Below, in pieces: positions 16,091-25,809 of a stretch of 64,000 nt of DNA. Below the pieces are notes generated by a model, which saw only the letters and a list, made by a program, of their open reading frames with translations, was not told where the DNA came from and searched no databases. The stretch is taken from contig CAZYTX010000005.1 in the NCBI GenBank assembly GCA_964650485.1, positions 29,480-93,479 on the forward strand, in the 5' to 3' direction. This DNA is from an uncultured bacterium (GTDB lineage: Bacteria > RBG-13-61-14 > DATKZS01). Each line of letters begins with the position of its first letter. Position 1 is the stretch's first letter. The translations under genes and the position numbers were made by a program.

Positions 16091-17863
16091 TCATTTTTTG
16101 AGTCGCCCGTCTCTATACGTGCTCGCATCTCCCGGAAAAAGCCTTTGCAAAAGCTTGTACTCGTATGCTGCCAGGACATCTTTGCCCGTCTCCCTGTAGA
16201 GCCTCGCCCTTCTCAGCCTGGCCATGAAGTGGAAAGGATCGGAGTCGAGGGCGCGGCTGTAATACTTTATGGCATGCTCCAGCTCGCCCCGCTCCTCCAG
16301 CAGGGCCCCATAGTTGAACGCGGCCGCGCGGCTCTCCGGCCACCTGGAAGCCGCGCGCTCCAGCTCTTTTGCAGCCTCTTCATTTTGTCCCAGGTTCCAG
16401 AGGGCGATGGCCCTGTTCACGGTCGCCATGGGCTTTTCCGGGTCCAGGGACACGGCCATGTTGCACGCCCTCAGGGCCTCGGCATAATCGCGGTCCTGGT
16501 TCAGGGCCGCGCACAGGTTCGCCCAGGCCCGGTGGCTCCCGGGCGACTTGGCCGCGGAGTCCCTCCACAGTGACAGGCGCGAGGAAAAGGTCTCGTTCCT
16601 GGACACCGTTAATATACTAAGCAGTATCAGGGACGCGGCCAGCAAGGGCAGCGAGCCGCGCGGCCTTTTTATCGCCACCCATGAAACCAGTGGCGGGAGC
16701 ACGAAGAGTGAGTAGAAGTACATGCGGTGGTCGTTCATGAGGGCCACTGGTATGAAAGAGGACTCGGGCGGAAGACAGATGAAAAAGCCGAGCACAAAAA
16801 AGCCGGCCAGCGGCCTTCGCCTTGTAGAGAAGACTCCTCCTGCAAGAAAAAGTGCGAGAACCAGTACCGCGGGCAGGGTTGAGAGCGGCTTTATAAGAGA
16901 GCTCGAGGTGACCACGTGGTGTTCCAGGGCCAGCCGCGAGGGGTGGGGGAAAACCATGGTGACGAGGTATGAGACCACCACCCTGGCCTCGGTCAGCACC
17001 CGCTGCCCGGGACCGTAGTCGAACTCGGCGTAAGAGGAAAGGTACGTGGACAATATATTGGTCTGCAAGAGGGCGGCCAGGACCAGCCCGAAGACCGCGG
17101 CCAGAACAAGGAAAAGATAAATAAGCGCCCTTCTCGAATAAACCCCTCTCCATTCCCGGACCACCGTGACCTCGGCCAGGAGGATCAGGGCCGGTGCAAT
17201 CAGCCCCGTCTCCTTGGAGCCCGCGGCCAGGAGCAGAAAAAATGCACATGCCAGAAAGTATAAGAGCGACCTCCCCGGCCCGGGGCCACGCCTCCACTTG
17301 AGGTAAAAAAGAAGCGTCCCCATGGAGCCCGAGGCCGCCATCAACGTCTGCCTCTGCACCAGGTAGGCCACCGCCTGAGCGTGGGCCGGGTGCGCCGCCC
17401 ACATGAGGGCCGCGGCCAACGCCGCGACGCGGGGCGCGTACCATGGAGCGTCTTTTAGCTCCCGGACCTTAAGCAGCTCCCATACCAACAGGTATAAGAG
17501 GAAAGCGGCTAGAGCGTGCAGGGCCGTGTTCTCGGCGTGCATCCAGGTTCTGTCCAGGCGGTGGAGGTAGTGGTCCAATGCGAATGAGAGGCCCGAGAGG
17601 GGCCGCAACTGGAACTTGTCCTGGAAGGCTGCCCGACTGAGTTGATCGGGGTTAAGCTCGGTCATGCGGATGTAGGGGTTCTCGGATATGTTTATGCGGT
17701 CGTCGAAGAGGAAGGGTCCGTGGAGAGCGTTTGCGTATATTGCAAAGCATGAGGCGAGGATGAAAAGCGCGCAGGCCGCGTGGGCCGCGGCGGCCCCGCC
17801 GCACGAACGGTTCCGCTGCGTACTTATCCGCGCGCCTTTTTTGCGGTCAGTATGCGTGTCCAC
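16091..17863 (-). CDS. TMTC-like membrane glycosyltransferase with C-terminal TPRs
   Basis: FLFDD in first loop, RPL, AHPAHAQAVAYLVQR, SKET, HRMY, LWRD, followed by TPR repeats. Confidence 0.8.
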   Translation of the reverse strand: MDTHTDRKKGARISTQRNRSCGGAAAAHAACALFILASCFAIYANALHGPFLFDDRINISENPYIRMTELNPDQLSRAAFQDKFQLRPLSGLSFALDHYLHRLDRTWMHAENTALHALAAFLLYLLVWELLKVRELKDAPWYAPRVAALAAALMWAAHPAHAQAVAYLVQRQTLMAASGSMGTLLFYLKWRRGPGPGRSLLYFLACAFFLLLAAGSKETGLIAPALILLAEVTVVREWRGVYSRRALIYLFLVLAAVFGLVLAALLQTNILSTYLSSYAEFDYGPGQRVLTEARVVVSYLVTMVFPHPSRLALEHHVVTSSSLIKPLSTLPAVLVLALFLAGGVFSTRRRPLAGFFVLGFFICLPPESSFIPVALMNDHRMYFYSLFVLPPLVSWVAIKRPRGSLPLLAASLILLSILTVSRNETFSSRLSLWRDSAAKSPGSHRAWANLCAALNQDRDYAEALRACNMAVSLDPEKPMATVNRAIALWNLGQNEEAAKELERAASRWPESRAAAFNYGALLEERGELEHAIKYYSRALDSDPFHFMARLRRARLYRETGKDVLAAYEYKLLQRLFPGDASTYRDGRLKK

Positions 17864-17866
17864 ATC

Positions 17867-18964
17867 TCACTTTTCCACGGGATGGCAGTCCTGGGGGTCG
17901 AATGGCCGGCCCCCGGTTATCTCGAGCGCCTGTTCCAGCGCGGCCAGTACGGCGTCGCGATCGTTGTCCACCCATTCCTCTGCGTCGTGCGGGTTCGCTA
18001 TCCAGAAGAGGCTCGGGTGTGCGATAACGTATTTTAAGTTGTGCCATACAGTCCCGTGCTCGATGGTGACCGACATCACCCCGTGCTCCATGTAGAGGAA
18101 GTCGTCCATGTCCCCCAGGGTTGGATACCATGAGCAGCTTATCTGCACCTTGTACTTTTTCATGGACTGCCTCGAATTGAATGCCTCGCCCATGCGGATG
18201 AACTCGGCCTGGTGCACGCTCGGCCTCCTGGTGAACCCGTGCGGGTAGAGGAACTTGCCTGCCACGGTGTGGCCGTTGGTGGCCGCGTAAAAGTGGCGTG
18301 CTTTTACGAACTCCGCCACCGCCCTCGTCTCCGGCTCGGAGAGCTGGCCGGGCCCCATGTAGTAGCTGGACTTTGGCCTCCTGTTCCCGGAGAGCGGGTG
18401 CCAGCTCTTGGCCCCCGGCGCCAGTGGAAAGTTCCGGTTCAGGTCCACACCGTGTGCGTTCTTGCGCAGGGCCTTGCCCTTGCCGGACACCGATGCCCTG
18501 TACCCGTCGGGGTTCAGAAGGGGCAGTACCCAGAAGTCTGACCTCTCAAGCAAAGAGGTGATCCAGGGGTCCGTGCCGTAATCCCCTGCCAGCCTCTCGG
18601 CCACGGCCAGCGCCACCCTGGAGGAGAGCACCTCCCCGGCGTGGATGTTCCCGGTGACCAGTGCCTCGGGCCTTTGCTCCCCGTCTCTTATACCTACGTG
18701 TATGGCGTATATGGGCCTCTGCTCCACGCTGTGACCGATCACCTCGAGCTCCACCAGCTCCTGGTGATCCCTTGCAAGCGCCTTTATCTCCCCGAAAGCA
18801 TCCTCCAGGGAGGGGTAAGGGCCCACGCCCCCGGCCATGAGACCGGCCCAGGGAATGAGGGCAGCTACCATCAACGCGACAATTATCTTGGTTGCCGATC
18901 TTGTCATGTGTGCACCTCCCGCGGGCATACTAGCCACCGCCCTTGTTCTTTGCTGATCTTGCAA
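17867..18964 (-). CDS. M14 family zinc carboxypeptidase (exported)
   Basis: IHAGE (HxxE), NPDG, RKNAHGVDLNRNF, SEPET, NGHT, catalytic TIE. Start probably at a downstream Met. Confidence 0.85.
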   Translation of the reverse strand: MQDQQRTRAVASMPAGGAHMTRSATKIIVALMVAALIPWAGLMAGGVGPYPSLEDAFGEIKALARDHQELVELEVIGHSVEQRPIYAIHVGIRDGEQRPEALVTGNIHAGEVLSSRVALAVAERLAGDYGTDPWITSLLERSDFWVLPLLNPDGYRASVSGKGKALRKNAHGVDLNRNFPLAPGAKSWHPLSGNRRPKSSYYMGPGQLSEPETRAVAEFVKARHFYAATNGHTVAGKFLYPHGFTRRPSVHQAEFIRMGEAFNSRQSMKKYKVQISCSWYPTLGDMDDFLYMEHGVMSVTIEHGTVWHNLKYVIAHPSLFWIANPHDAEEWVDNDRDAVLAALEQALEITGGRPFDPQDCHPVEK

Positions 18965-19712
18965 AACGTATCCAGATCACCGCCGCGACCGCGAGTATAA
19001 CCAGGCTTATGAACTGGGAGGTTGATACGCTCATGAGCTCTCCTTTGTAGATGAACCCCCTGAGCTCGTCCCCCCTCACGAACTCCACCATGAACCTGAA
19101 CAAAGGATAGAGGGTGAAGTACACGAGGGTGGGCACGCCCCTTCGCACGCCCTTGCGCAAGGCAAAGTAGATAATCCCCGCTATTACAAAAGAGGCGATG
19201 GAAGAGTATATGGGCGCCGGGTGCACCGGCAGCCCGCCGGTCTCGTGCACCTCGGGGTAGCATATGCCCCAGGGAAGGTCGCTGGGCTTGCCATAGCAGC
19301 ACCCTCCCATCAGGCATCCCCACCTTCCCACTCCCAGCCCCAGAGAAAGGGGCGCGGCCAGGGTGTCGGTTACCTGAAGGATGGGCTTTCCCTTCCTCCT
19401 GCTGTACCACAGGGTGAAGGCGCCCGCGGCCACAACCCCGCCGTACCACACCAGCCCGCCGTTCCTGGGGTTGAGCATGCGGACCGGGTCTTTTATGAAC
19501 GCCCTCCATTCGAGAGCGTTATAAAGCAGCTCGGCCCCCAGCACCCCGAAGATGATGATCCAGATGTAGAGGTCCATGTAGAAGTTTGTGTCCTCGCCCC
19601 GGAGCTTTGCAATATGGTATATGAGCAGGAAGGCCAGCAGGAACCCCAGTGCCATTATGGGGCCGTAGGTATAGATCTTGAAATCTCCGATCTCGAAAAG
19701 TAAGGGGTGCAT
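18930..19712 (-). CDS. lgt: Prolipoprotein diacylglyceryl transferase
   Basis: MHPLLF, TYG, GGLVWYGG, GRWGCLMGGCCYG, VHPAPIY, RFMVEFVRGD, STSQ. Confidence 0.95.
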   Translation of the reverse strand: MHPLLFEIGDFKIYTYGPIMALGFLLAFLLIYHIAKLRGEDTNFYMDLYIWIIIFGVLGAELLYNALEWRAFIKDPVRMLNPRNGGLVWYGGVVAAGAFTLWYSRRKGKPILQVTDTLAAPLSLGLGVGRWGCLMGGCCYGKPSDLPWGICYPEVHETGGLPVHPAPIYSSIASFVIAGIIYFALRKGVRRGVPTLVYFTLYPLFRFMVEFVRGDELRGFIYKGELMSVSTSQFISLVILAVAAVIWIRFARSAKNKGGG

Positions 19713-19732
19713 GAGAACTTCCTTGTAAAGAA

Positions 19733-21595
19733 CTACTCGGGCGGCTTTCCCGCCTTTTTCCTCCGTATGAGCATCTCCAGGGCCTTGGGAATCTGGTAAG
19801 CCAGTATCTGCACCTCGGGGGCGTTCACCGGCACGAACTCTTTGTCCCCGTTGTCCCCGTAGAACATGTACACCACCCTCTCGTTGACCACCACCGGCAT
19901 TATGAACACGTTGCCGGGCTTCTCGCCGCCCAGGAGCTTCAAGTAGTGCTCGTTCACCCTGGTGGGCTGCACCGGCCCCAGGAAGAAGCTCTTGGTGGTG
20001 TTGACCAACTGGAATACACCGGGCTCGGTCAGTGGCAGGAGAATGGACTCGGCCAGGCCGCTGCTTATGTTGGGACCGGCGCCGTCCCAGCCGTAGAGGG
20101 ACTGTGCCCTGACGGTGAAGAGCATGGACCTCTTGAAGAAGCCCTTGGCAAAACCCAGCACGATCCTGGAGATGTCCCTCCTGTCGCCGACCTCGGTCAA
20201 GAGCTTCTCCTTGGCGGCATCCAGGGTGAGCTGTGTATACTCTTCCTCCTCCTCCTCTTCCTCCGGCTCCTCCTCGGGAACGAACTCCTCGGCCTCCTCC
20301 ACGGTGGTCAGGTCGTCCTCGGACAGCTCGATGACCTGCATGTTCTCTGCAGCCGAGGCTTCCATGGTCTCGATCCGGGGCTGCTCGCGTTCCACCTTCT
20401 CCGCGGGCGGAGGAGGAGGCTCCACCGGCGCCGGCTCAACCTCTTCGGGTGCAGGAGGAGCGGGTTCCGCGGGCTCGCGAGCCGGTGCAGGCTCAGGCAC
20501 GGGCTCTCCCGGAAGAACCACGCTTATGCCAAGCTTGTTCGACTGCTGCTTGAACTTCACGAGAACGTCCTCCAGCCACTCCACCGGGACGTTGGCCTCG
20601 ATTATGAGCCAGTTGGCTAAAAAGTTCGAGTTCAGCACGAAGTTCTTGAGCTGGTTCTTAACGAACAGCTTCAAGAACTCCTGCAGTGTGTGCTTGTCCA
20701 CGTACTTGTCAATGCCGTGCTTGGTGAGGATGGAATAAATGGCCTGGGCCACTTCCTTGTAGGGCTGCCTGCCTGTGAGGGGCCGCTGTATGTCTGGCTC
20801 TTGTGCCGGTGGCGGAGGCGCGGGCTCCCGGGGGGCCTCGACTTCGGGCGCGGGTGCGGGCTCTTTGGCCGGGGTCTCTTCCTTAGAAGGAGGCCCCTCG
20901 GCTTTCTCCTCCAGCCTGTCAATGCCTAAGTCCAGGGGCTCCTCGGTCTGCGTCTTTCCCAGGTACTGCTTCTCGGTCATGTCCTGGAACTCGGACTCGC
21001 TCATAAGCTCGCCGCCTTCATCCAGGCCCACCTTCTTTCGGGCCTCCTCCTTTTCCTTGAGCTCCTGCTCGCTCGCCCCGGGAGAGGGCCGGTACGCGGG
21101 AGCAGGGGCCTTTTCAGCGGGCTTCTTCTTCTTGTACATCATTGCCAGGCCGATGTACCTCATCTCCCGGCCGATGTTGTAAAAGCGGGTAAGCAGGTCG
21201 TACACTCTGACCTCGGGCAGCACCAGGGGCTTTACGTTCTTTCCGGTTGCGAACCTTATCTCCTGGAGAGCGTCCAGGTTTGCGGGGTCGGTCATGACCA
21301 CGTAGAGGTCTTTGCCGTCCTCCTTGAGCGGAAATCCTTCCGCGGACTTGGCGAGTTTCTTGGAGAACTTTTTCAGCACACCTGGCTTCACCCTGTTTAG
21401 CAGGGTCCAGTCAACCGTGGGCACCCCGTGCTTCCGTGAGAGGTACCTGGTCAGGGTGTCCTCGTCCACGTACTGGAGCTCGATAAGGTTGGTGCCCAGA
21501 CGACCGCCGAAAATAACCTGGTTCTGAATGGCCTCCTCGAGCTGGGCCGCGGATATGACCTTGTCCTTGACCAACATCTGGCCGATGGTAGGCAT
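19733..21595 (-). CDS. GspE-N/MshEN domain protein without ATPase (FrgA-like), Pro/Glu-rich linker, C-terminal GAF-like domain
   Basis: N-terminal IGQMLV...QLEEAIQNQ...GGRLGTNL and LYVVMTDP; no Walker motifs; C-terminal FLGP...MPVVVNERVVYMFYGD. Confidence 0.7.
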   Translation of the reverse strand: MPTIGQMLVKDKVISAAQLEEAIQNQVIFGGRLGTNLIELQYVDEDTLTRYLSRKHGVPTVDWTLLNRVKPGVLKKFSKKLAKSAEGFPLKEDGKDLYVVMTDPANLDALQEIRFATGKNVKPLVLPEVRVYDLLTRFYNIGREMRYIGLAMMYKKKKPAEKAPAPAYRPSPGASEQELKEKEEARKKVGLDEGGELMSESEFQDMTEKQYLGKTQTEEPLDLGIDRLEEKAEGPPSKEETPAKEPAPAPEVEAPREPAPPPPAQEPDIQRPLTGRQPYKEVAQAIYSILTKHGIDKYVDKHTLQEFLKLFVKNQLKNFVLNSNFLANWLIIEANVPVEWLEDVLVKFKQQSNKLGISVVLPGEPVPEPAPAREPAEPAPPAPEEVEPAPVEPPPPPAEKVEREQPRIETMEASAAENMQVIELSEDDLTTVEEAEEFVPEEEPEEEEEEEEYTQLTLDAAKEKLLTEVGDRRDISRIVLGFAKGFFKRSMLFTVRAQSLYGWDGAGPNISSGLAESILLPLTEPGVFQLVNTTKSFFLGPVQPTRVNEHYLKLLGGEKPGNVFIMPVVVNERVVYMFYGDNGDKEFVPVNAPEVQILAYQIPKALEMLIRRKKAGKPPE

Positions 21596-21676
21596 GTGCT
21601 TTACTTGTTCTCCCGAAGACTTTTTCTATCAAGGAATAGCACCCGAAGCCTTAAAAAGCAAGGTGAGAAAGGCCAT

Positions 21677-21702
21677 TTCAGACAAAGCTTCAGACAAAGC
21701 TT
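21677..21702. repeat. Perfect 12-bp tandem repeat in divergent promoter region
   Basis: TTCAGACAAAGC twice plus TT, abutting a TTGATA -35. Confidence 0.8.
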
Positions 21703-21735
21703 GATAGCCGCCGTGCCTCGGTATAACCTAGCGTT

Positions 21736-22401
21736 ATGAACCCGCTCTACCATCTGCAGGTGGGGTCCTTTATCGCGAACGCGAGAGACTACGGCCTGAG
21801 AGAGCGAAGGATGATCATGCTGGCCTCCCTGGCTCCCGACCTGGACGGGGTGCTGATTTTCAACCAGGGAATATGGGAGCAGGTGCATCACACGTTCAGC
21901 CACAACATATTTTTCGTCGCGGGAGTCTCCATTGCCATGGCCCTCGCGAACAAGGCCCGCAGAATGGAGATATTTTTGGTGTGCCTGGCCGCGGGGGCGC
22001 TCCAGCTGCCGCTCGACAGTATAACCAACCACCCCTCCTGGAAGCAGAGGTTTCTATGGCCGATCTCTGATTTCGAGTTCAAGCTGGCCGCATTGGCCCA
22101 GTTCGAGGGCCTGGCATTCATCCAGGTCAAAGTGGTGCAGACAGCGCTCATGCTCGCCATCCTGGCCGGCACCGTATACCTTTACAAGCGCAGCGGGCGC
22201 ACCTTTATCGAGCTTTTGTCCGCGCCCCTGGACAGGCTGCTCACCGACTTCATAACCCTGCCCTTTAAAAGCCGCTGTGCAGTATGCGGCCGCAGGGCCT
22301 TCTATCGGGAGAGCGAAAGGGGCGAGCCCCTGTGCCCGCACCACGCTCACGTGAAAAAGGACCTTACAATAGGTCGCAGGCGGGAGCAGGACAAGGGATG
22401 A
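21736..22401 (+). CDS. Membrane metal-dependent hydrolase (YdjM-like) with C-terminal Zn-finger-like motif
   Basis: N-terminal His, APDLDG, HHTFSHN, FLWP; CAVCG...LCPHH tail. Confidence 0.7.
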   Translation: MNPLYHLQVGSFIANARDYGLRERRMIMLASLAPDLDGVLIFNQGIWEQVHHTFSHNIFFVAGVSIAMALANKARRMEIFLVCLAAGALQLPLDSITNHPSWKQRFLWPISDFEFKLAALAQFEGLAFIQVKVVQTALMLAILAGTVYLYKRSGRTFIELLSAPLDRLLTDFITLPFKSRCAVCGRRAFYRESERGEPLCPHHAHVKKDLTIGRRREQDKG

Positions 22402-23174
22402 TAGACTTCCACTCCCATATACTTCCAGGTATTGACGACGGGGCCCCGGACATGGAGCACTCGGTGGAGATGGCAAGAGAGCTCGTGGAGCACGGCTTTC
22501 ACGGGGTGGTTGCCACCCCCCATCTGCTGCCAGACCTGGAGCGCAAGCTGGAGAAAGATACTGTCGAAGCCAAGGTGGCAAAGCTTCGAGGCGAGCTTGA
22601 AAGCAGGGGAGTGGACCTCGATGTGCACCCGGGCGCCGAGTACTACATGGACCGGTCCATACCCGAACTGGTGCGGCTGCACCATCCCATGCTGGGCATT
22701 GCCGGCACCAAGTACGTGCTGGTGGAGATGCCAATGATGCAGATGCCCCCTTACATGGGCTACTCATCACTGCCCTCGCAATCCGACCCCGCAGAAATCT
22801 CCAAAGCCGTGTCATACCTCCGGCCGGTGATAGCCCACCCGGAGCGGAACCAGGACGTGCTAATGGACTATAAAAAACTACTGCCGCTCCGCGAGCACGG
22901 CTACCTGTTCCAGGTGAACCTGGAGAGCGTGGTGGGCCTGGCCGGGAAGAGGGCCCTCAAGGTGGTGAAGAAGATGGCCGCGGATGGAATGGTGGACCTG
23001 ATCGGGACCGACGGCCACAGCATTGCCGGTCTTGTAAGGCTGCTTCCGGGCTGGAAGCAGAGGGTGCAAAAGGTTCTCGGCAGGGAGCGCGCCGGACTCA
23101 TCCTGGAGAAGAACCCCGCCACCCTCATGGCCGACAAGTTGATCGAGGTCGAGGTAGCGGTCCGTAAAAAGTAA
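22398..23174 (+). CDS. PHP-family tyrosine-protein phosphatase (CpsB/CapC/YwqE)
   Basis: MIDFHSHILPGIDDG, ATPH, PGAE, IAHPERN, GTDGH; ATGA overlap with the previous gene. Confidence 0.9.
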   Translation: MIDFHSHILPGIDDGAPDMEHSVEMARELVEHGFHGVVATPHLLPDLERKLEKDTVEAKVAKLRGELESRGVDLDVHPGAEYYMDRSIPELVRLHHPMLGIAGTKYVLVEMPMMQMPPYMGYSSLPSQSDPAEISKAVSYLRPVIAHPERNQDVLMDYKKLLPLREHGYLFQVNLESVVGLAGKRALKVVKKMAADGMVDLIGTDGHSIAGLVRLLPGWKQRVQKVLGRERAGLILEKNPATLMADKLIEVEVAVRKK

Positions 23175-23190
23175 AGGAGGCGTCAAGATA

Positions 23191-24120
23191 ATGAGGATAC
23201 TGGTTACTGGCGGGGCGGGGTTCATAGGGTCCCACGTGGCACGGGCGTATCACCAGGCCGGGCACGAGGTCCTGGCACTGGACAGCCTCCTGCGCGGAAA
23301 CAAGGAAAACCTGGGAAAAGGAATAGAGCTTGCCGAGGTGGACATAAGGGACAGAGAGGCCGTGGCCCGGGTGTTCGCGGACTTCAAGCCCGAGATGGTA
23401 AACCACCACGCGGCACAGGTAAGCGTCCGGGATTCGGTGGACGACCCATTGTTTGACGCGGACGTGAACGTCATCGGCAGCCTTATGCTCCTGGAGGCCT
23501 GCCAGAAACAGGGGACCGCACGCTTCATATTCGCTTCCACCGGGGGCGCCATATACGGTGAGCAGGACTCTTTCCCCGCCTCTGAGGACCATCCCGAAAA
23601 GCCGGTCTCCCCTTATGCCGTGGCCAAACTCGCGGTCGAGAAATACCTGTTCTTCTATGAAAAAACCTATGGGATGCGCTGGGCGTCGCTGCGCTATGCA
23701 AACGTGTACGGCCCGCGGCAGGACCCCTTTGGCGAGGCCGGGGTGGTGGCGATATTCAGCCAGAAGATGCTGGGGAACAAGGCACCGTTCATTAACGGGG
23801 ACGGGGAGCAGACCCGGGATTATGTTTACGTCTCGGACGTGGCAAGGTCCAACCTGCTCGCACTTGAAAAGGAGGCCACGGGATGCTTTAACATTGGCAC
23901 CGGGGTCGAGACCTCGGTGAACCAGGTCTTCAGAGCCCTGCGCGAGCTCAGCGGCTCGCATGTGGAGGAGCGTCACGGTCCCCCAAAAAAGGGGGAGCAA
24001 AGAAGAAGCGTGCTGGACCCTGGTCTGGCTAAAAGAGCTCTCGGCTGGAATCCCGAGACGCCCCTCAAACAGGGGCTGCAAGAGACCATTGATTTCTTCC
24101 GCAATTCCTATTATCTTTAA
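23191..24120 (+). CDS. NAD-dependent epimerase/dehydratase (UDP-glucose 4-epimerase-like)
   Basis: VTGGAGFIGSH, STGGAIYG, YAVAK (YxxxK), RYANVYGPRQDP. Confidence 0.9.
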   Translation: MRILVTGGAGFIGSHVARAYHQAGHEVLALDSLLRGNKENLGKGIELAEVDIRDREAVARVFADFKPEMVNHHAAQVSVRDSVDDPLFDADVNVIGSLMLLEACQKQGTARFIFASTGGAIYGEQDSFPASEDHPEKPVSPYAVAKLAVEKYLFFYEKTYGMRWASLRYANVYGPRQDPFGEAGVVAIFSQKMLGNKAPFINGDGEQTRDYVYVSDVARSNLLALEKEATGCFNIGTGVETSVNQVFRALRELSGSHVEERHGPPKKGEQRRSVLDPGLAKRALGWNPETPLKQGLQETIDFFRNSYYL

Positions 24121-24284
24121 TCATAGAGATTTTATTGCAATAAATGTTGCATATTGCGATTCATACTCGGTATGCGCAACGGAGTTTGTGGCATAAAATG
24201 CTTGCCGGGATGCGTCCTTTGTTTTAAGTATTTGATTGTAAAGCTTTTATTGGAAGTGCCCATTTGCCGTGAAAAGTTTTTACA

Positions 24285-24300
24285 TGGCATGCCAATTGCT
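24285..24300 (+). promoter_or_regulatory. sigma54 (-24/-12) promoter of the redox operon
   Basis: TGGCATG-CCAA-TTGCT matches TGGCACG-N4-TTGCW with exact spacing. Confidence 0.75.
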
Positions 24301-24363
24301 TCATGATTACACAGGCATAGCAGTGGAGGGGAGAAGTTTGCCCTGAAAGGAGTGTTTTTTAGT

Positions 24364-25794
24364 ATGTCCGAACAAACTGATCAGGAAGAAAAGAAACAAA
24401 AGGATACGAATAAGCCGGGGCCCGCTCCCGAACCGGAAAAGCCATCCCTGTCTGACAGGAATTTCGTCTTCCACATCGAGGACGAGCCCACCGGCGACCG
24501 GGTGACGCCTTTTCTCAGGGCTTTCGGCATGGCCCTTGTTCATACTAATTACAGGGGTGCGCTCCGTGCCTACGCCCGGTCCACGGCCAAGTGCTCGCGT
24601 TGCGCAGCCTCTTGCCCAGTGTACGAGGTCACGGGCAATGGGACCGACATACCCTGCTACAAGACCAACATCATCCTGAACGTTTACCGCCGCTACTTCC
24701 AGCCCATGGGGGCCATCAAGATGCGGGGGTGGCACCTGACCGAGCGCCACATTGACGAGCTAAAGGAGCTGGTATGGAGGTGCACCGCCTGCCGCAGGTG
24801 CATGATGAACTGCCCGTTCGGCATAGACCACGGCCTCATCACCCACTTCGCGCGCTACATACTCTCCGAGATCGGCATCATGCCCCGTGCGCTCAGGATC
24901 AGCACCCGGGAGCAGCTCGAGGGCAAGACCAGGAACACCTCGGCCATACCCATACCCGCGCTCCATGACACCCTCGAGTTCCTGGAGGAGGAGCTGGAAG
25001 ACGAGACCGGCAGGAAGATCAAGTTCCCTATTGACCAGGAGGGCTCGGATTTCCTGTTCGTACCCGCGGTCAGCGACTTCATGATGGAGGCCGACACCCT
25101 CATGGGCAACGCCGCGGTCATGTACGCCAGCGGTTACCAGAGCCGCTGGACCATCGGCACCGGCGACTATGACGGGATCAACTACGGGCTGTTCTACTCC
25201 GACTGGGCGTGGGACCGCGTGATCAGCCAGTTGGTGGCCGAAGCTGAGCGGCTGAAGTGCCCGACCATCATGATCGGCGAGTGCGGTCACGCCTCCAGGG
25301 CGGCGAAGTACGGGGTCCCCGTTTGGGGCAGGCAGTTGGCCCGCCCGGTAATAAACTGCATGGAGTTCGCCCTTGAAAAGATAAAAGACGGGTCCCTGCC
25401 CGTGATAAAAGGCGCCATAAAAGAGCCGGTCACATACCACGACCCCTGTAACATCGCACGCTCGGACTGGATAGTGGAGCAGCCGCGCGAGATTTTGAAG
25501 ATCATCTGCGAGAACTACGTGGAGATGACGCCTAACCGCAGGCACAACTACTGTTGCGGCGGGGGCGGCGGCTCGGTGTCCTGCGACGAGACCTATGAAT
25601 TCCGCATGGAAGTGGGCGGTCTCAAGAAGGTCGAACAGATGAAGGAGGCCGGAGCCCATTACGTGGTGGCCCCCTGCGCCAACTGCAAGAAGCAGGTGCG
25701 CGAGCTCATTGACTATCACAAGCTGGACATGGAACTGGTGGGCCTGCACGACCTGCTCATGAAGGCCATTGACTGGGAAAAAGTGAATTACTGA
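24364..25794 (+). CDS. HmcF/TmcB/DsrK-like Fe-S oxidoreductase with CCG domain
   Basis: TAKCSRCAASCP and CTACRRCMMNCPFGID cluster motifs; IGECGHA; YHDPC...NYCCGGGGG...APCANC. Confidence 0.85.
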   Translation: MSEQTDQEEKKQKDTNKPGPAPEPEKPSLSDRNFVFHIEDEPTGDRVTPFLRAFGMALVHTNYRGALRAYARSTAKCSRCAASCPVYEVTGNGTDIPCYKTNIILNVYRRYFQPMGAIKMRGWHLTERHIDELKELVWRCTACRRCMMNCPFGIDHGLITHFARYILSEIGIMPRALRISTREQLEGKTRNTSAIPIPALHDTLEFLEEELEDETGRKIKFPIDQEGSDFLFVPAVSDFMMEADTLMGNAAVMYASGYQSRWTIGTGDYDGINYGLFYSDWAWDRVISQLVAEAERLKCPTIMIGECGHASRAAKYGVPVWGRQLARPVINCMEFALEKIKDGSLPVIKGAIKEPVTYHDPCNIARSDWIVEQPREILKIICENYVEMTPNRRHNYCCGGGGGSVSCDETYEFRMEVGGLKKVEQMKEAGAHYVVAPCANCKKQVRELIDYHKLDMELVGLHDLLMKAIDWEKVNY

Positions 25795-25809
25795 TACAAG
25801 GAGTGAAGT

